Shown: positions 45,415 to 64,000 of the stretch, in pieces
Layout: each line of letters begins with the position of its first letter
How positions within the stretch are numbered: the first letter of the stretch is position 1
Origin: Macrostomum lignano
Lineage: Eukaryota
Direction: 5' to 3'
NCBI GenBank assembly: GCA_002269645.1
Contig: NIVC01000819.1
Coordinates: 210,328 to 274,327, forward strand
DNA: 64,000 bases
The notes under the pieces: model-generated
Databases searched by the model: none
Seen by the model: only the letters and a program-made list of their open reading frames with translations
What the model was told of the DNA's origin: nothing
Position numbers and translations under genes: made by a program

Positions 45415-47681
45415 ATGCCGTCCCCATTGACTTCGATTCGCCTGTGCGGCGTCAGCGTCGTCTCCCGTCGCTGCCTTCACTCCAGCGGCGTCCTCCAGGT
45501 TGGCCGCACCTGGGAGTCCAAGCCGGTGCCGGGCAGCGTTGAGCACCTGCAGCCGCAGGCCTGGGCCAAGCGGCTGTTCGATCTGCACGCGGCTGAGGCC
45601 GCCCAGAAGCAGAAACTGGAGCAGTCTGGCCAGGCGGCTGCTCAGCCGGAGCCCACCAAGGTGCTCATGATCCGGCGCCTGCTGCCCTGGAAAGCCAGCA
45701 CCTACTATGAAAAGTGCCTGCTGTACAAGCTGGGCATGGAAAAGGACACCCCTATGCGGCAGTGGCTGCCCCTGCCCAATATTCCCAGTGTGGCTGATGA
45801 TCTGCGGAAAGTGCAGCACCTGTTGCAGGTAAGCTTGGCGTTTATTTGCTTCTTTTGTGTCGGATCTTAGTCTTAGAATCCTTAGAGACAAAATAGCACT
45901 GCTGCTTTTATTTGATTGCTTCTTCTCTTGTATGAGCCGTTTGTCAGAATCGCCTCTCAATCCAAAGTCAATAATCATTACCCAGTTCCAAGCCTATAAA
46001 AATATCGCACCTGAGTCCTATCCAACAAAAACAGAGGCCCATAGAGAATCGCCGCTGAGCACAGAGATCCATAGAGAATCTCCCCTGAGCACAAAGACCC
46101 CTAAAGAATCGCCCCTGAGCACAGAGATCCATAAAGAATCGCCCCTGAGCACAGAGACCCCTAAAGAATCGCTCCTGAGCACAGAGACCCCTAAAGAATC
46201 GTCCCTGAGCACAGAGATCCATAAAGAATCGCCCCTGAGCACAGAGATCCATAAAGAATCGCCCCTGAGCACAGAGATCCATAAAGAATCGCCCCTGAGC
46301 ACAGAGATCCATAAGGAATCGCCCCTGAGCACAGAGACCCCTAAAGAATAGCCCCTGAGCACAGAGATCCATAAAGAATCGCCCCTGAGCACAGAGATCC
46401 ATAAAGAATCACCCTGAGCACAGAGACCCATAAAGAATCGCCCCTGAGCACAGAGATCCATAAAGAATCGCTCCTGAGCACAGAGACCCCTAAAGAATCG
46501 CCCCTGAGCACAGAGATCCATAAAGAATCGCCCCTGAGCACAGAGATCCATAAAGAATCGCCCCTGAGCACAGAGACCCCTAAAGAATCGCCCCTGAGCA
46601 CAGAGACCCCTAAAGAATCGCCCCTGAGCACAGAGACCCCTAAAGAATCGCCCCTGAGCACAGAGATCCATAAAGAATCGCCCCTGAGCACAGAGACCCC
46701 TAAAGAATCGCCCCTGAGCACAGAGACCCCTAAAGAATCGCCCCTGAGCACAGAGACCCCTAAAGAATCGCCCCTGAGCACAGAGACCCCTAAAGAATCG
46801 CCCCTGAGCACAGAGACCCCTAAAGAATCACCCCTGAGCACAGAGATCCATAAAGAATCGCCCCTGAGCACAGAGATCCATAAAGAATCGCCCCTGAGCA
46901 CAGAGACCCCTAAAGAATCGCCCCTGAGCACAGAGACCCCTAAAGAATCGCCCCTGAGCACAGAGACCCCTAAAGAATCACCCTGAGCACAGAGACCCAT
47001 AAAGAATCGCCCCTGAGCACAGAGATCCATAAAGAATCGCCCCTGAGCACAGAGACCCCTAAAGAATCGCCCCTGAGCACAGAGACCCCTAAAGAATCGC
47101 CCCTGAGCACAGAGACCCCTAAAGAATCGCCCCTGAGCACAGAGATCCATAAAGAATCGCCCCTGAGCACAGAGACCCCTAAAGAATCACCCTGAGCACA
47201 GAGACCCCTAAAGAATCGCCCCTGAGCACAGAGATCCATAGAGAATCGCCCTCCCTCGCCGCAGATCCAGCCGCTGACGATGCCAGACGGGCTGCCGGCC
47301 ACCGAGGCGGACCTGTCCAACTGCTACACAAACGAGTGCGGCGAGCTGCGCATGCGCCGCCGTCTCGCCGGCTCCGCCGTGGAGGTCCAGCCGGAGCGGC
47401 ATGCCGAGGCCGAGCTGGAAGCCTCCAAGCGCCGAATCCACTCGATGCCGCGCTACCACGAGCGCCGCTGGAAGGCCTGCCTGATGTTTAGCGAGTATTT
47501 CACCCAGCACCACCGCTACCAGCACATGCAGGACGGCTCCGCCTACCGCTACTCGGGCCTGTGGCGCCGGGACGCCGCCATGAAGCAGAGCCTGTCCAGG
47601 CGGACCAACCCGGACGGCACTAAGCGGCCCAATCTGAACTTTGAAGCCGATTTTAATGCGTTTCCTTGGCGCAATTATTGA
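45415..47681 (+). CDS. MRPL30: Mitochondrial ribosomal protein L30 (uL30m)
   Basis: Exons 45415-45828 and 47265-47681 (alternative ATG at 45361). KVLMIRRL...YYEKCLLYKLG...PNIPSVADDLRKVQHLLQ/IQPLTMPDGLP...NCYTNECGEL parallels metazoan MRPL30; Arg-rich presequence. Confidence 0.88.
46030..47250. repeat. 30-bp minisatellite (AGAATCGCCCCTGAGCACAGAGATCCATAA)n in the MRPL30 intron
   Basis: About 40 units, two main variants plus 29-bp variants. Confidence 0.97.
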
Positions 47682-47829
47682 ATGCTTGCAAATATACCTG
47701 CCTACTGATTAGCACATGTTAGTTCTCTTACAATATGCTGCACTCCGTGGCCAACTGCTCTTGTAGTCTTTTTGCTATTAGCGTAGTCTTTGTTTACCCG
47801 ATCCACTTATAGTATTGGTTTTAATTTTA

Positions 47830-48195
47830 TCCTCATATAGTCTTGGTTCTCACCTGATCCCCAATATAGTCTTGGTTCTCACCTGATCCCTAATATAGTC
47901 TTGGTTCTCACCTGATCTGATCCTCATATAGTCTTGGTTCTCACCTGATCCCTAATATAGTCTTGGTTCTCACCTGATCTGATCCTCATATAGTCTTGGT
48001 TCTCACCTGATCCATAATATAGTCTTGGTTCTCACCTGATCCCCAATATAGTCTTGGTTCCCACCTGATCCCCAATATAGTCTTGGTTCTCACCTGATCC
48101 CTAATATAGTCTTGGTTCTCACCTGATCCCCAATATAGTCTTGGTTCTCACCTGATCCATAATATAGTCTTGGTTATCATTTGATCCCCATGTAG
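47830..48195. repeat. 29-bp minisatellite (ATATAGTCTTGGTTCTCACCTGATCCCTA)n between MRPL30 and ATP6AP1
   Basis: About 12 units. Confidence 0.94.
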
Positions 48196-48256
48196 TCTTG
48201 TAGCAATTTTGCCAACTCGAATTCAATTCTGATGTCCCCTCAGCAACCCAGCTGCC

Positions 48257-51200
48257 ATGCCGCATCAACTCGCTCTATTGGCTTTTCTGGCCTCCCTGGC
48301 CTGCGCCTCCGCCTCGGTGCCCGCCGTTGTGGTCAGCAGCCGCGGCTCCGTCGACTCCCTCGCCAGCCTGTCGTCGGCTCGCCTGAACTCTCAGCAGCTG
48401 GCCGAAGCCCTGCACCGCTCCGCCGGCGGCCTGCTGCTGGTCGTCACTGTCGATGAGGGCCTCTCCCTGCCCGACTTCGCCAGGTCCGGCGGCGACGTCT
48501 ACTCGGCTGGCCAGGGCTCGGCCAGCCCCTTCGCCAGCGTCGCCGGCTTGTCGGAGAAGCTCGGCGGCCGGCACCTGCTGGTGGCAGAGGCCGACAAGCT
48601 GCTGCCGGCGCTGCGAAGCCTCGACTGGCGCGGCGGCGCCCCCATCGATGTCGCCAACGATGGCAAAGAGGTCGACCGAGTGGTCGAAGCTGCCACTGCT
48701 GCTGGCGGTGCCTCGCGGCTGGTGCTCGCTCGGGCCGCCGACGCCGGCGCCGCTGATCGGCTGCTTGGCGCTGCGTGCGCTGCGCTGCAGGTGAGCTGAT
48801 GATCTGACTGACTGACTGACTGACTGACTAGGTACGACGGTATTTTGGCTGTTTTAGGGAAAAGCAATTTTCAAAAAAATTCTGAAACTTACATAGATTA
48901 AAACGCAGTCTTTTAAAATATTTATTTATAGTTCGCTTATTTATCTCTCTACTAGTAGTATATGCAGCATTAAAAAAGTTTTTTCCGCTTTTTTTCCCAG
49001 TCTCGCGGCCTGCCATTCGTCGCCGTCTTCACCGCCACCCACGAGTCGGATCCGGCTCCGGCCGCCGCCGATGCCGCCGCCTCTGCTGAGGCCGCCGTCT
49101 CCGCTGGCCGCCACCTGCTCGCGGCTCCGACCGCTTCGCCCAGCTCCAATGGCACCTTTGTGAACTGCAGCAGCGATGTGCTGCTGTACTTCGCCTCCCT
49201 GCAGGTTGGTTTTCTGAAACTGTGTCTGGATTTGTTATTCTGAATCTTTCAAACAAATTCTTGGGTATTCGCCATAAGCTCTGCCGGGAATTGCGCCTAA
49301 ACCTCCCATAAAAATTATCTAGTTGCCTCTCTGAAGAATCGCCCTTCTTAATCTCTGAATAAATCCCTATTGGAATAAGTGGTATTTTCGCGGACGGCGT
49401 CCGGCGCACTTTTTCTTTTTCCTCATAGTCATGGCGCATGGCGCGCTACGCGCGCCATGCGCCATGACGCACAGCAGCTCACAGGTAAGATGCAAGGAGG
49501 ACATCACGCGCTACATACAGCGCTGCTGAACAAGGATGAGAAGCATGCACAGGAGAAAGTCAGCAGCACGGTGCAGCATTACCCTTGTGGCGATCCCATG
49601 TAACAATGTAAGTCGTTACTTGTTACAGTACACTATTCACTGTTCTATCTAATGTAACACTGCATTCTACCAAAAAATAAAAAATAAAATAAAATATTTT
49701 CCTTTTCCTTTTTACCTTTGTTTTTGCCATTTGCTTACTTTTTATGTTTGTTTTGTTTTAAAAATTAGAAATTTAATTAAAAATTTTTTAAATTTCTATT
49801 TTCGGTTTAACGATCTCAATTTCTCATAATATAATATAGATAGCCCGTAACCGTCCCGTATATTGGCGCACAAAAATTGTTGCTATGTTGTAAAAAAAGG
49901 TCTTTTATTGTCGCAAGGCAGGTAGTGGCGGGCGCACAACGGCGCACACGAGGGTTTTTGTGTCGGCGCACGGCGCACAATTTTGGGAGAGGCCAAAATT
50001 TGTTCCGGCGCACACTCTGCCACCTTCCTGACTATGGCGTCCATACCACCTTAGGATTTGAAGATTGTCATGACGCACCGTCCAGGCCACTTTATGATTG
50101 CCATGGCGCACTAGATGCACTGTCCACAGTGTCTGAAAACTTATTCCAATAGGGGAATAAATCGCCTCAAAACTCGAAAGAATCGCATTAAACTCTCCAG
50201 ATAATCGCCCTAAACCCCTCAGGATAATCGCCCTAAAGCCCTCAGGATAATCGCCCTAAAGCCCTCAGGATAATCGCCCTAAACCCCTCCGGATAATCAC
50301 CCTAAACCCCTCAGGATAATCGCCCTAAAGATAATCGCCCTATACCTCTCAGGATAATCGCACTAAACCCTCAGGTTAATCGCCCTAAACCCCTCAGGAT
50401 AATCGCCCTAAACCCCTCAGGATAATCGCCCTAAAGCCCTCAGGATAATCGCCCTAAAGCCCTCAGGATAATCGCCCTAAAGCCCTCAGGATAATCGCCC
50501 TAAAGCCCTCAGGATAATCGCCCTAAAGCCCTCAGGATAATCGCCCTAAAGCCCTCAGGATAATCGCCCTAAAGCCCTCAGGATAATCGCCCTAAAGCCC
50601 TCAGGATAATCGCCCTAAACCCCTCCGGATAATCACCCTAAACCCCTCAGGATAATCGCCCTAAAGATAATCGCCCTATACCTCTCAGGATAATCGCACT
50701 AAACCCTCAGGTTAATCGCCCTAAACCCCTCAGGATAATCGCCCTAAACCCCTCAGGATACTCGCCCTAAACCCCTCAGGATACTCGCCCTAAACCTCTC
50801 AGGATAATCGCCCTAAACCCCTCAGAATAGTCGCCCTGAACCCCTCAGGATAATCGCCCAATAGCCTACACAAACCGCTCGCACATGTAAACCTCATAGC
50901 GTCGGACCGTGACTCCAAAAGCTGCCCTGACTGTGCCAGGAGATCAGCCGCTGAGCCCCTCCCTAAACTCTCACCCCGCCGCAGGTCCAGCTGACCCAGA
51001 ACAGCAAGGTGAAGACGCTGCCGCCCGTGCTCCCCGTAGCCGACGGCTCCTCCATCATCGACACCAAGCTCAGCACGTGCAACGCCGCAGGTGGGAATCG
51101 AACCCTGGCCCTGTCGTTTCCCGATTCGGCTCTGCAGTCGCCTCTCGCTGCACTGAAGCTCACTCTGAACTTCGTCGGCGACACCAAGAGCTCAACGAGT

Positions 51201-51650
51201 CCCTGGAGCATCGCCTCCGGCACCGCTTCGCTCTCCTGCAAGTCCGGCAGCTCCGCCAACTGCACCAACGTGGCCGAGACTTCCCTGACGCAGGAGAGTC
51301 TGGCCAGCTTCATCACGCCCAACGGTAGCTGCTACCACTGCACCAACAACACCAGGCTGTCCACCAGCGGCGGCACCGGTAGCAACGGCTCCGCGGCGCT
51401 GACTCTGATCTTCGGCAAATTCCAGCTGCAGCCATTCGGCATCCCTGCCGACGGCAAATTCTCCAAGAATGTCAACGACTGCGTCGGATTCTTCTCTGTT
51501 GAGGTCTGGTTCAGCCTCTTGGTGCTGCTTGTGATCACCGTGATCCTCATGTACGGCGTCCTCATGCTGGTCAGTGTGGCCACGCCTGACCGATTTGACG
51601 ACCCCAAGGGCAAAACCATCCAGGTTAACGTGCAGGACGGGGGCAACTGA
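48257..51650 (+). CDS. ATP6AP1: V-type proton ATPase subunit S1 / Ac45 (467 aa)
   Basis: Exons 48257-48790, 49001-49204 and 50985-51650. Signal peptide, GRHLL processing-like segment, luminal N-glycosylation sequons, FQLQPF...NDCVGFFS, a TM helix and the diagnostic PDRFDDPKGKTI tail. Confidence 0.92.
49365..50154. mobile_element. hAT-type MITE (790 bp) in ATP6AP1 intron 2, CCCTATTG-end family
   Basis: Perfect 16-bp TIR CCCTATTGGAATAAGT; perfect 8-bp TSD GAATAAAT (49357-49364 and 50155-50162). Confidence 0.92.
50195..50860. repeat. 23-bp minisatellite (GGATAATCGCCCTAAACCCCTCA)n in ATP6AP1 intron 2
   Basis: About 29 units, including an internal higher-order duplication. Confidence 0.95.
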
Positions 51651-51714
51651 GGCTTGAGTAGCTTATGGCCCGGCATTGCGGACTTGGACTCACTTTCACT
51701 GTTTGCGACTGGCT

Positions 51715-51721
51715 GGCTGAC

Positions 51722-51764
<43 letters not shown>

Positions 51765-51765
51765 G

Positions 51766-51852
<87 letters not shown>

Positions 51853-51853
51853 G

Positions 51854-51932
<79 letters not shown>

Positions 51933-51933
51933 G

Positions 51934-51972
<39 letters not shown>

Positions 51973-51973
51973 G

Positions 51974-52032
<59 letters not shown>

Positions 52033-52033
52033 G

Positions 52034-52080
<47 letters not shown>

Positions 52081-52100
52081 GTGTCTGTCTGTCTGTCCGT
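51715..52100. repeat. (GTCT)n microsatellite
   Basis: Long tetranucleotide run just after the ATP6AP1 stop. Confidence 0.97.
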
Positions 52101-52899
52101 TTGTCTGTCTATCAGTCCATCTGCCAGTTACTCAGTAAGCTGTATCAGCAGGTCGTACTGGTTAAAAGGAAAGTCAATTATTGTTTTTTCATGTGATTAT
52201 CAAAATTCACTAACGTTGCCATACCTATTAGAAACATATTGATGTGTATTCCGTATACTGTAATCTTATTATTTAAAATGTGATTATTTCATAACTTTTA
52301 TCAATCGTAGGTATTGATTTGAGAGCCCCTACTCTCCCATCCATCCTATGCTATTGTTACTAAAAAATTATTTCCTTATCTGGCACGGAAAATTTATATC
52401 TGTCATTATTATAATTATTGTTGTTCTGTTCGCTGTGCACTACTTAAATTAGTAGAAGCGTGCGAAAGTGTCACTAAAATATTTGCTGTTGTTTCTGCTA
52501 CTCCGATATCGAGTTGAGCTACGGCTCTCAGTTAAGCTCTACTGCATATATTATCTCGATTCTGCTTATTCAGTTTCCTTGGTGAATATTAGTGCAGTGG
52601 CAAACTCTTGAATAGTTTTTGAAGCATAATAATATTGAGAATTTCATTATAAAATTATAATTATTAATAAATTCTGCTCTTGTGTTAGCCGTAGGGTTTC
52701 GCTGACCTATTTAATCATTCAAACCGTGTTGATCTTTGCTAAGAATTAACAGTAGTAAAATTACAAGCATTTTCACTAGCGAAACCAAGCAATTGTCGCG
52801 GGCGGACAGACACCAGCGTAGACACGGTGAAATGACACTGGATCCTCCGGAGCGGTCTGTTTAATAGCAGCAGTCAATCACGGTTGTTAATTGTTTATT

Positions 52900-53157
52900 A
52901 CACCCAATCAACAATCAATAACAATAATTGATTACTTGATTGGCAGATGTGCACCTGAAGGCTGCATACGGCTGTTCAGTCCAGGGACAGGAGGGGGGTC
53001 GCCACACACCCTCAATTACGCCAGCCCAATGCTGGCACCCATTTTACAGCTGGGTAAACCAAAGCAATGCAGAGTTAAGTGTCTTGCTTAAGGACACGAA
53101 TTGTGGGACTGGGAATCGAACCCCGGACCTTCAAGTCTAACCACTAGGCTACAACCC
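52900..53157 (-). mobile_element. tRNA-derived SINE
   Basis: Minus strand has Pol III A box TAGCCTAGTGG and B box GGTTCGATTCC, then GTGTCCTTAAGCAAGACACTTAAC...CCCAGCTGTAAAATGGGT (CORE-like central domain). The 3' end is approximate. Confidence 0.75.
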
Positions 53158-53423
53158 TTCAGTACGAGCTATATCTAGAGCTGAAATAGGTAAATAAGAA
53201 AGTTGCTTGGGGTGTCGTGCGGGGCTCCCAGCGCTGCCTTCTTGAGTCAGTTTCTGGCATGGGGGTGACATGAGGCAGCGGTCAATGAGCGCGATGTTCT
53301 TTCAAATAATTTCACCAACTCCCGATCTCTTTCAGCCGGCCGGCCCGCCCAGCTGCTTGGTCAGTCCTCTTGCCATCACTCAGTTCCATTGATCAGCTAT
53401 CCGACCAGGGCGGCAGCCGCGCC

Positions 53424-60498
<7,075 letters not shown>

Positions 60499-60689
60499 GC
60501 TGCTTTGCGGGGAGGGGCTTGCTTTTATTTATTCTTAACTGCGCACCCTGTAATATTAGTATTAGTTTTTATTACTGACCATAATAATATGCAGTCAGTT
60601 GAATATGACAGAACTTAACTGCTGCACTGAGGGTGCGGCTCGCGTGCTGAGCTGTTTCAATTCTAACTGTCTAGCTGTCTCCATATAGA

Positions 60690-60828
60690 TGTGCCTGTGT
60701 GTCTGTCTGTCTGTCTGTCTGTCTGTCTGCTGTCTGCCTGTCTGTCTGTCTGTCTGCCTGTCTGTCTGTGTGTGTCTGTCTGTCTGTCTGTCTGTCTGTC
60801 TGCCTGTCTGTCTGTGTGTGTCTGTCTG

Positions 60829-60867
<39 letters not shown>

Positions 60868-61305
60868 GTGTCTGTCTGTCTGTCTGCCTGTCTGTCTGTG
60901 TGTGTCTGTCTGTCTGTCTGTCTGTCTGCCTGTCTGTCTGTGTGTGTCTGTCTGCCTGTCTGTCTGTGTGTGTCTGTCTGCCTGTCTGTCTGTGTGTGTC
61001 TGTCTGTCTGTCTGTCTGTCTGTGTGTGTGTGTCTGTCTGTGTGTCTGTCTGTCTGTCTGTCTGTGTGTCTGCGTCTGTCTGTCTGTCTGTGTGTGTGTG
61101 TCTGTCTGTCTGTCTGTGTGTGTGTGTCTGTCTGTCTGTCTGTCTGCCTGTCTGTCTGTGTGTGTCTGTCTGTCTTTCTGTCTGTCTGTCTGTCTCCCTG
61201 TCTTTCTGACTGTCTGACTGTGTGTCCGTCTTAGTGTTTATGACTGCCTGTTTGTCTGTCTGTCTGTTGTCTGTCGTCTGTCTGTTGTCTGTCTGTCTGT
61301 CTCAT
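60690..61305. repeat. (GTCT)/(GT) compound microsatellite
   Basis: Visible run after RTF1. Confidence 0.96.
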
Positions 61306-62069
61306 ATCCATTCACTCACTGAAAACAAGCGCTGTTTACGTGCCAGTGTTCAGTCAATCGAATAACAGGCTTCTCGACCGACTCAATAGCCAGTCATTGT
61401 TTGCGATCAAGGTTCAGGGCTGCCAGGGCAGATGAAGTGGAGTGGGGGTTGGTGTGTCTGTCCCCGGAACCCAGGCCAGCAGTCGGCTTTGTCTTGCAGC
61501 TGTGTTGCTACAAAAATAGTTCAGAGTTCAGCGATCCGCGAGTTCTCCGCCCTGCAGAAAAACCAGTTTTTGTCCGATAGATTTTTCCGCTTCGTCCGAT
61601 GCCCCAGCTTTCTGTTTGGTCCGTGACAGCCCGCGCGAGGCTGGAGTCAGTTTGTCATGGCTAATGCCGGATGTTTGTTTCAGTCGTTTTTTACGAATCA
61701 AGTTGTCAATCAGTGTGTGTTTGTCATCTCCAGCGTCGGCCCAGTCTCCCTGTCCATCAGTTTGTATTTTGCATTTTTTCATATTTTTAATAAATTACCT
61801 TAAGCTTTATAAAATTAGTGAATCTATCAGCCCCCCCCCCTAAATTTTCTTTATTCTGTCCCTGTGTACAATTCTTGGCTCGATCTGCTGCGTTAGAAAC
61901 TTCGCACTGATGACAGACCCCCTTGCTAAGTGACTGCTTAAAGCTGATTAATTATCTATTAATTACATGTGTTGGCTCGTGCTCTGTTCGACTGGCTGAA
62001 TTATGCGATAGATCAGACCTTCGCTTTTGTTTTTTTGATTGTCTGTTTGCTTACCTGTGCTTTGTCTTC

Positions 62070-64000
62070 CTGTGCTTTGAGTCTCTTCCTGCCCTTTGAG
62101 TCTCTTCCTGTCCTTTGAGTCTCTTCCTGTCCTTTGAGTCTCTTCCTGTCCTTTGAGTCTCTTCCTGTCCTTTGAGTCTCTTCCTGTCCTTTGAGTCTCT
62201 TCCTGTCCTTTGAGTCTCTTCCTGTCCTTTGAGTCTTCCTGTCCTTTGAGTCTCTTCCTGTCCTTTGCGTCTTCCTGTCCTTTGCGTCTCTTCCTGTCCT
62301 TTGTGTCTTCCTGTCCTTTGAGTCTCTTCCTGCCCTTTGAGTCTCTTCCTGTCCTTTGAGTCTCTTCCTGTCCTTTGCGTCTCTTCCTGTCCTTTTGAGT
62401 CTCTTCCTGTCCTTTGTGTCTTCCTGTCCTTTGCGTCTCTTCCTGTCCTTTGTGTCTTCCTGTCCTTTGAGTCTCTTCCTGCCCTTTGAGTCTCTTCCTG
62501 TCCTTTGAGTCTCTTCCTGTCCTTTGCGTCTCTTCCTGTCCTTTGAGTCTCTTCCTGTCCTTTGCGTCTCTTCCTGTCCTTTGAGTCTCTTCCTGTCCTT
62601 TGAATCTTCCTGTCCTTTGAGTCTCTTCCTGTCCTTTGTGTCTTCCTGTCCTTTGAGTCTCTTCCTGTCCTTTGCGTCTTCCTGTCCTTTGCGTCTCTTC
62701 CTGTCCTTTGAGTCTCTTCCTGTCCTTTGAATCTTCCTGTCCTTTGAGTCTCTTCCTGTCCTTTGTGTCTTCCTGTCCTTTGAGTCTCTTCCTGTCCTTT
62801 GCGTCTTCCTGTCCTTTGCGTCTCTTCCTGTCCTTTGTGTCTTCCTGTCCTTTGAGTCTCTTCCTGTCTTTTGAGTCTCTTCCTGTCCTTTGAGTCTCTT
62901 CCTGTCCTTTGAATCTTCCTGTCCTTTGAGTCTCTTCCTGTCCTTTGTGTCTTCCTGTCCTTTGAGTCTCTTCCTGTCCTTTGTGTCTTCCTGTCCTTTG
63001 AGTCTCTTCCTGTCCTTTGTGTCTTCCTGTCCTTTGAGTCTTCCTGTCCTTTGAGTCTCTCCTGTCTTTTGAGTCTCTTCCTGTCCTTTGAGTCTCTTCC
63101 TGTCTTTTGAGTCTCTTCCTGTCCTTTGTGTCTTCCTGTCCTTTGAGTCTCTTCCTGTCTTTTGAGTCTCTTCCTGTCCTTTGAGTCTTCCTGTCCTTTG
63201 AGTCTCTTCCTGTCCTTTGAGTCTCTTCCTGTCCTTTGCGTCTCTTCCTGTCCTTTGAGTCTCTTCCTGTCCTTTGCGTCTTCCTGTCCTTTGAGTCTCT
63301 TCCTGCCCTTTGAGTCTCTTCCTGTCCTTTGCGTCTTCCTGTCCTTTGAGTCTCTTCCTGTCTTTTGAGTCTCTTCCTGTCCTTTGTGTCTTCCTGTCCT
63401 TTGAGTCTCTTCCTGTCTTTTGAGTCTCTTCCTGTCCTTTGTGTCTTCCTGTCCTTTGAGTCTCTTCCTGTCTTTTGAGTCTCTTCCTGTCCTTTGCGTC
63501 TCTTCCTGTCCTTTTGTTCTTCCTGTCCTTTGAGTCTTCCTGTCCTTTGAGTCTCTTCCTGTCTTTTGAGTCTCTTCCTGTCCTTTGCGTCTCTTCCTGT
63601 CCTTTGTGTCTTCCTGTCCTTTTGAGTCTCTTCCTGTCCTTTGAGTCTCTTCCTGTCTTTTGAGTCTCTTCCTGTCCTTTGCGTCTCTTCCTGTCTTTTG
63701 AGTCTCTTCCTGTCCTTTGAATCTTCCTGTCTTTGAGTCTCTTCCTGTCCTTTGTGTCTTCCTGTCCTTTGAGTCTCTTCCTGTCTTTTGAGTCTCTTCC
63801 TGTCCTTTGCGTCTCTTCCTGTCCTTTGTGTCTTCCTGTCCTTTGAGTCTTCCTGTCCTTTGAGTCTCTTCCTGTCTTGAGTCTCTTCCTGTCCTTTGCG
63901 TCTCTTCCTGTCCTTTGTGTCTCCTGTCCTTTGAGTCTCTTCCTGTCCTTTGAGTCTCTTCCTGTCTTTTGAGTCTCTTCCTGTCCTTTGCGTCTCTTCC
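62070..64000. repeat. 17/19/20-bp satellite (GAGTCTCTTCCTGTCCTTT)n running off the window end
   Basis: About 100 units with GAG/GCG/GTG and length variants. Confidence 0.97.

Noticed and set aside
45857-47320. ORFs with ESPLSTE or DLCAQGRFF repeats
   Set aside because: Intronic minisatellite of MRPL30; flanking exons join in phase without it.
53085-53157. tRNA gene on the minus strand
   Set aside because: A and B boxes are present but no full cloverleaf; it continues into a SINE central domain.
61432-61843. Short ORFs and a minus-strand TTTTTCTGCAG acceptor after RTF1
   Set aside because: No recognisable product or partner exon in the window.

Overview
Intron-rich animal genomic DNA with GC/CpG-rich exons and a different minisatellite in many introns. 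This style resembles a Macrostomum-type flatworm, which is an inference. All host genes I could model are on the + strand: the 3' part of a CUB-domain gene, three tandem five-exon secreted ferritins, a four-exon DyP-type (dye-decolourising, YfeX-like) haem peroxidase with a mitochondrial-looking leader, then MRPL30, ATP6AP1 and RTF1. Between them lie two young Ty3/Gypsy LTR elements (one CsRn1-clade inside a 16-bp satellite, one Mag-like inside a hAT MITE), relics of piggyBac, mariner, RTE, R1/LOA and Gypsy elements, four hAT-type MITEs with 8-bp TSDs, a tRNA-derived SINE and about 25 tandem arrays. Main finding: ferritin copy 1 keeps the complete ferroxidase centre, while copies 2 and 3 keep open frames and all splice sites but have replaced metal ligands with Lys, Gln or Arg. 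The cluster sits about 6 kb from an intron-containing animal DyP, giving a candidate iron/haem-handling locus. Paralogous introns and a piggyBac ORF also show minisatellites forming from single seed units. All exon models and counts were made by eye; no database searches were run. There is no CRISPR array or rRNA gene.
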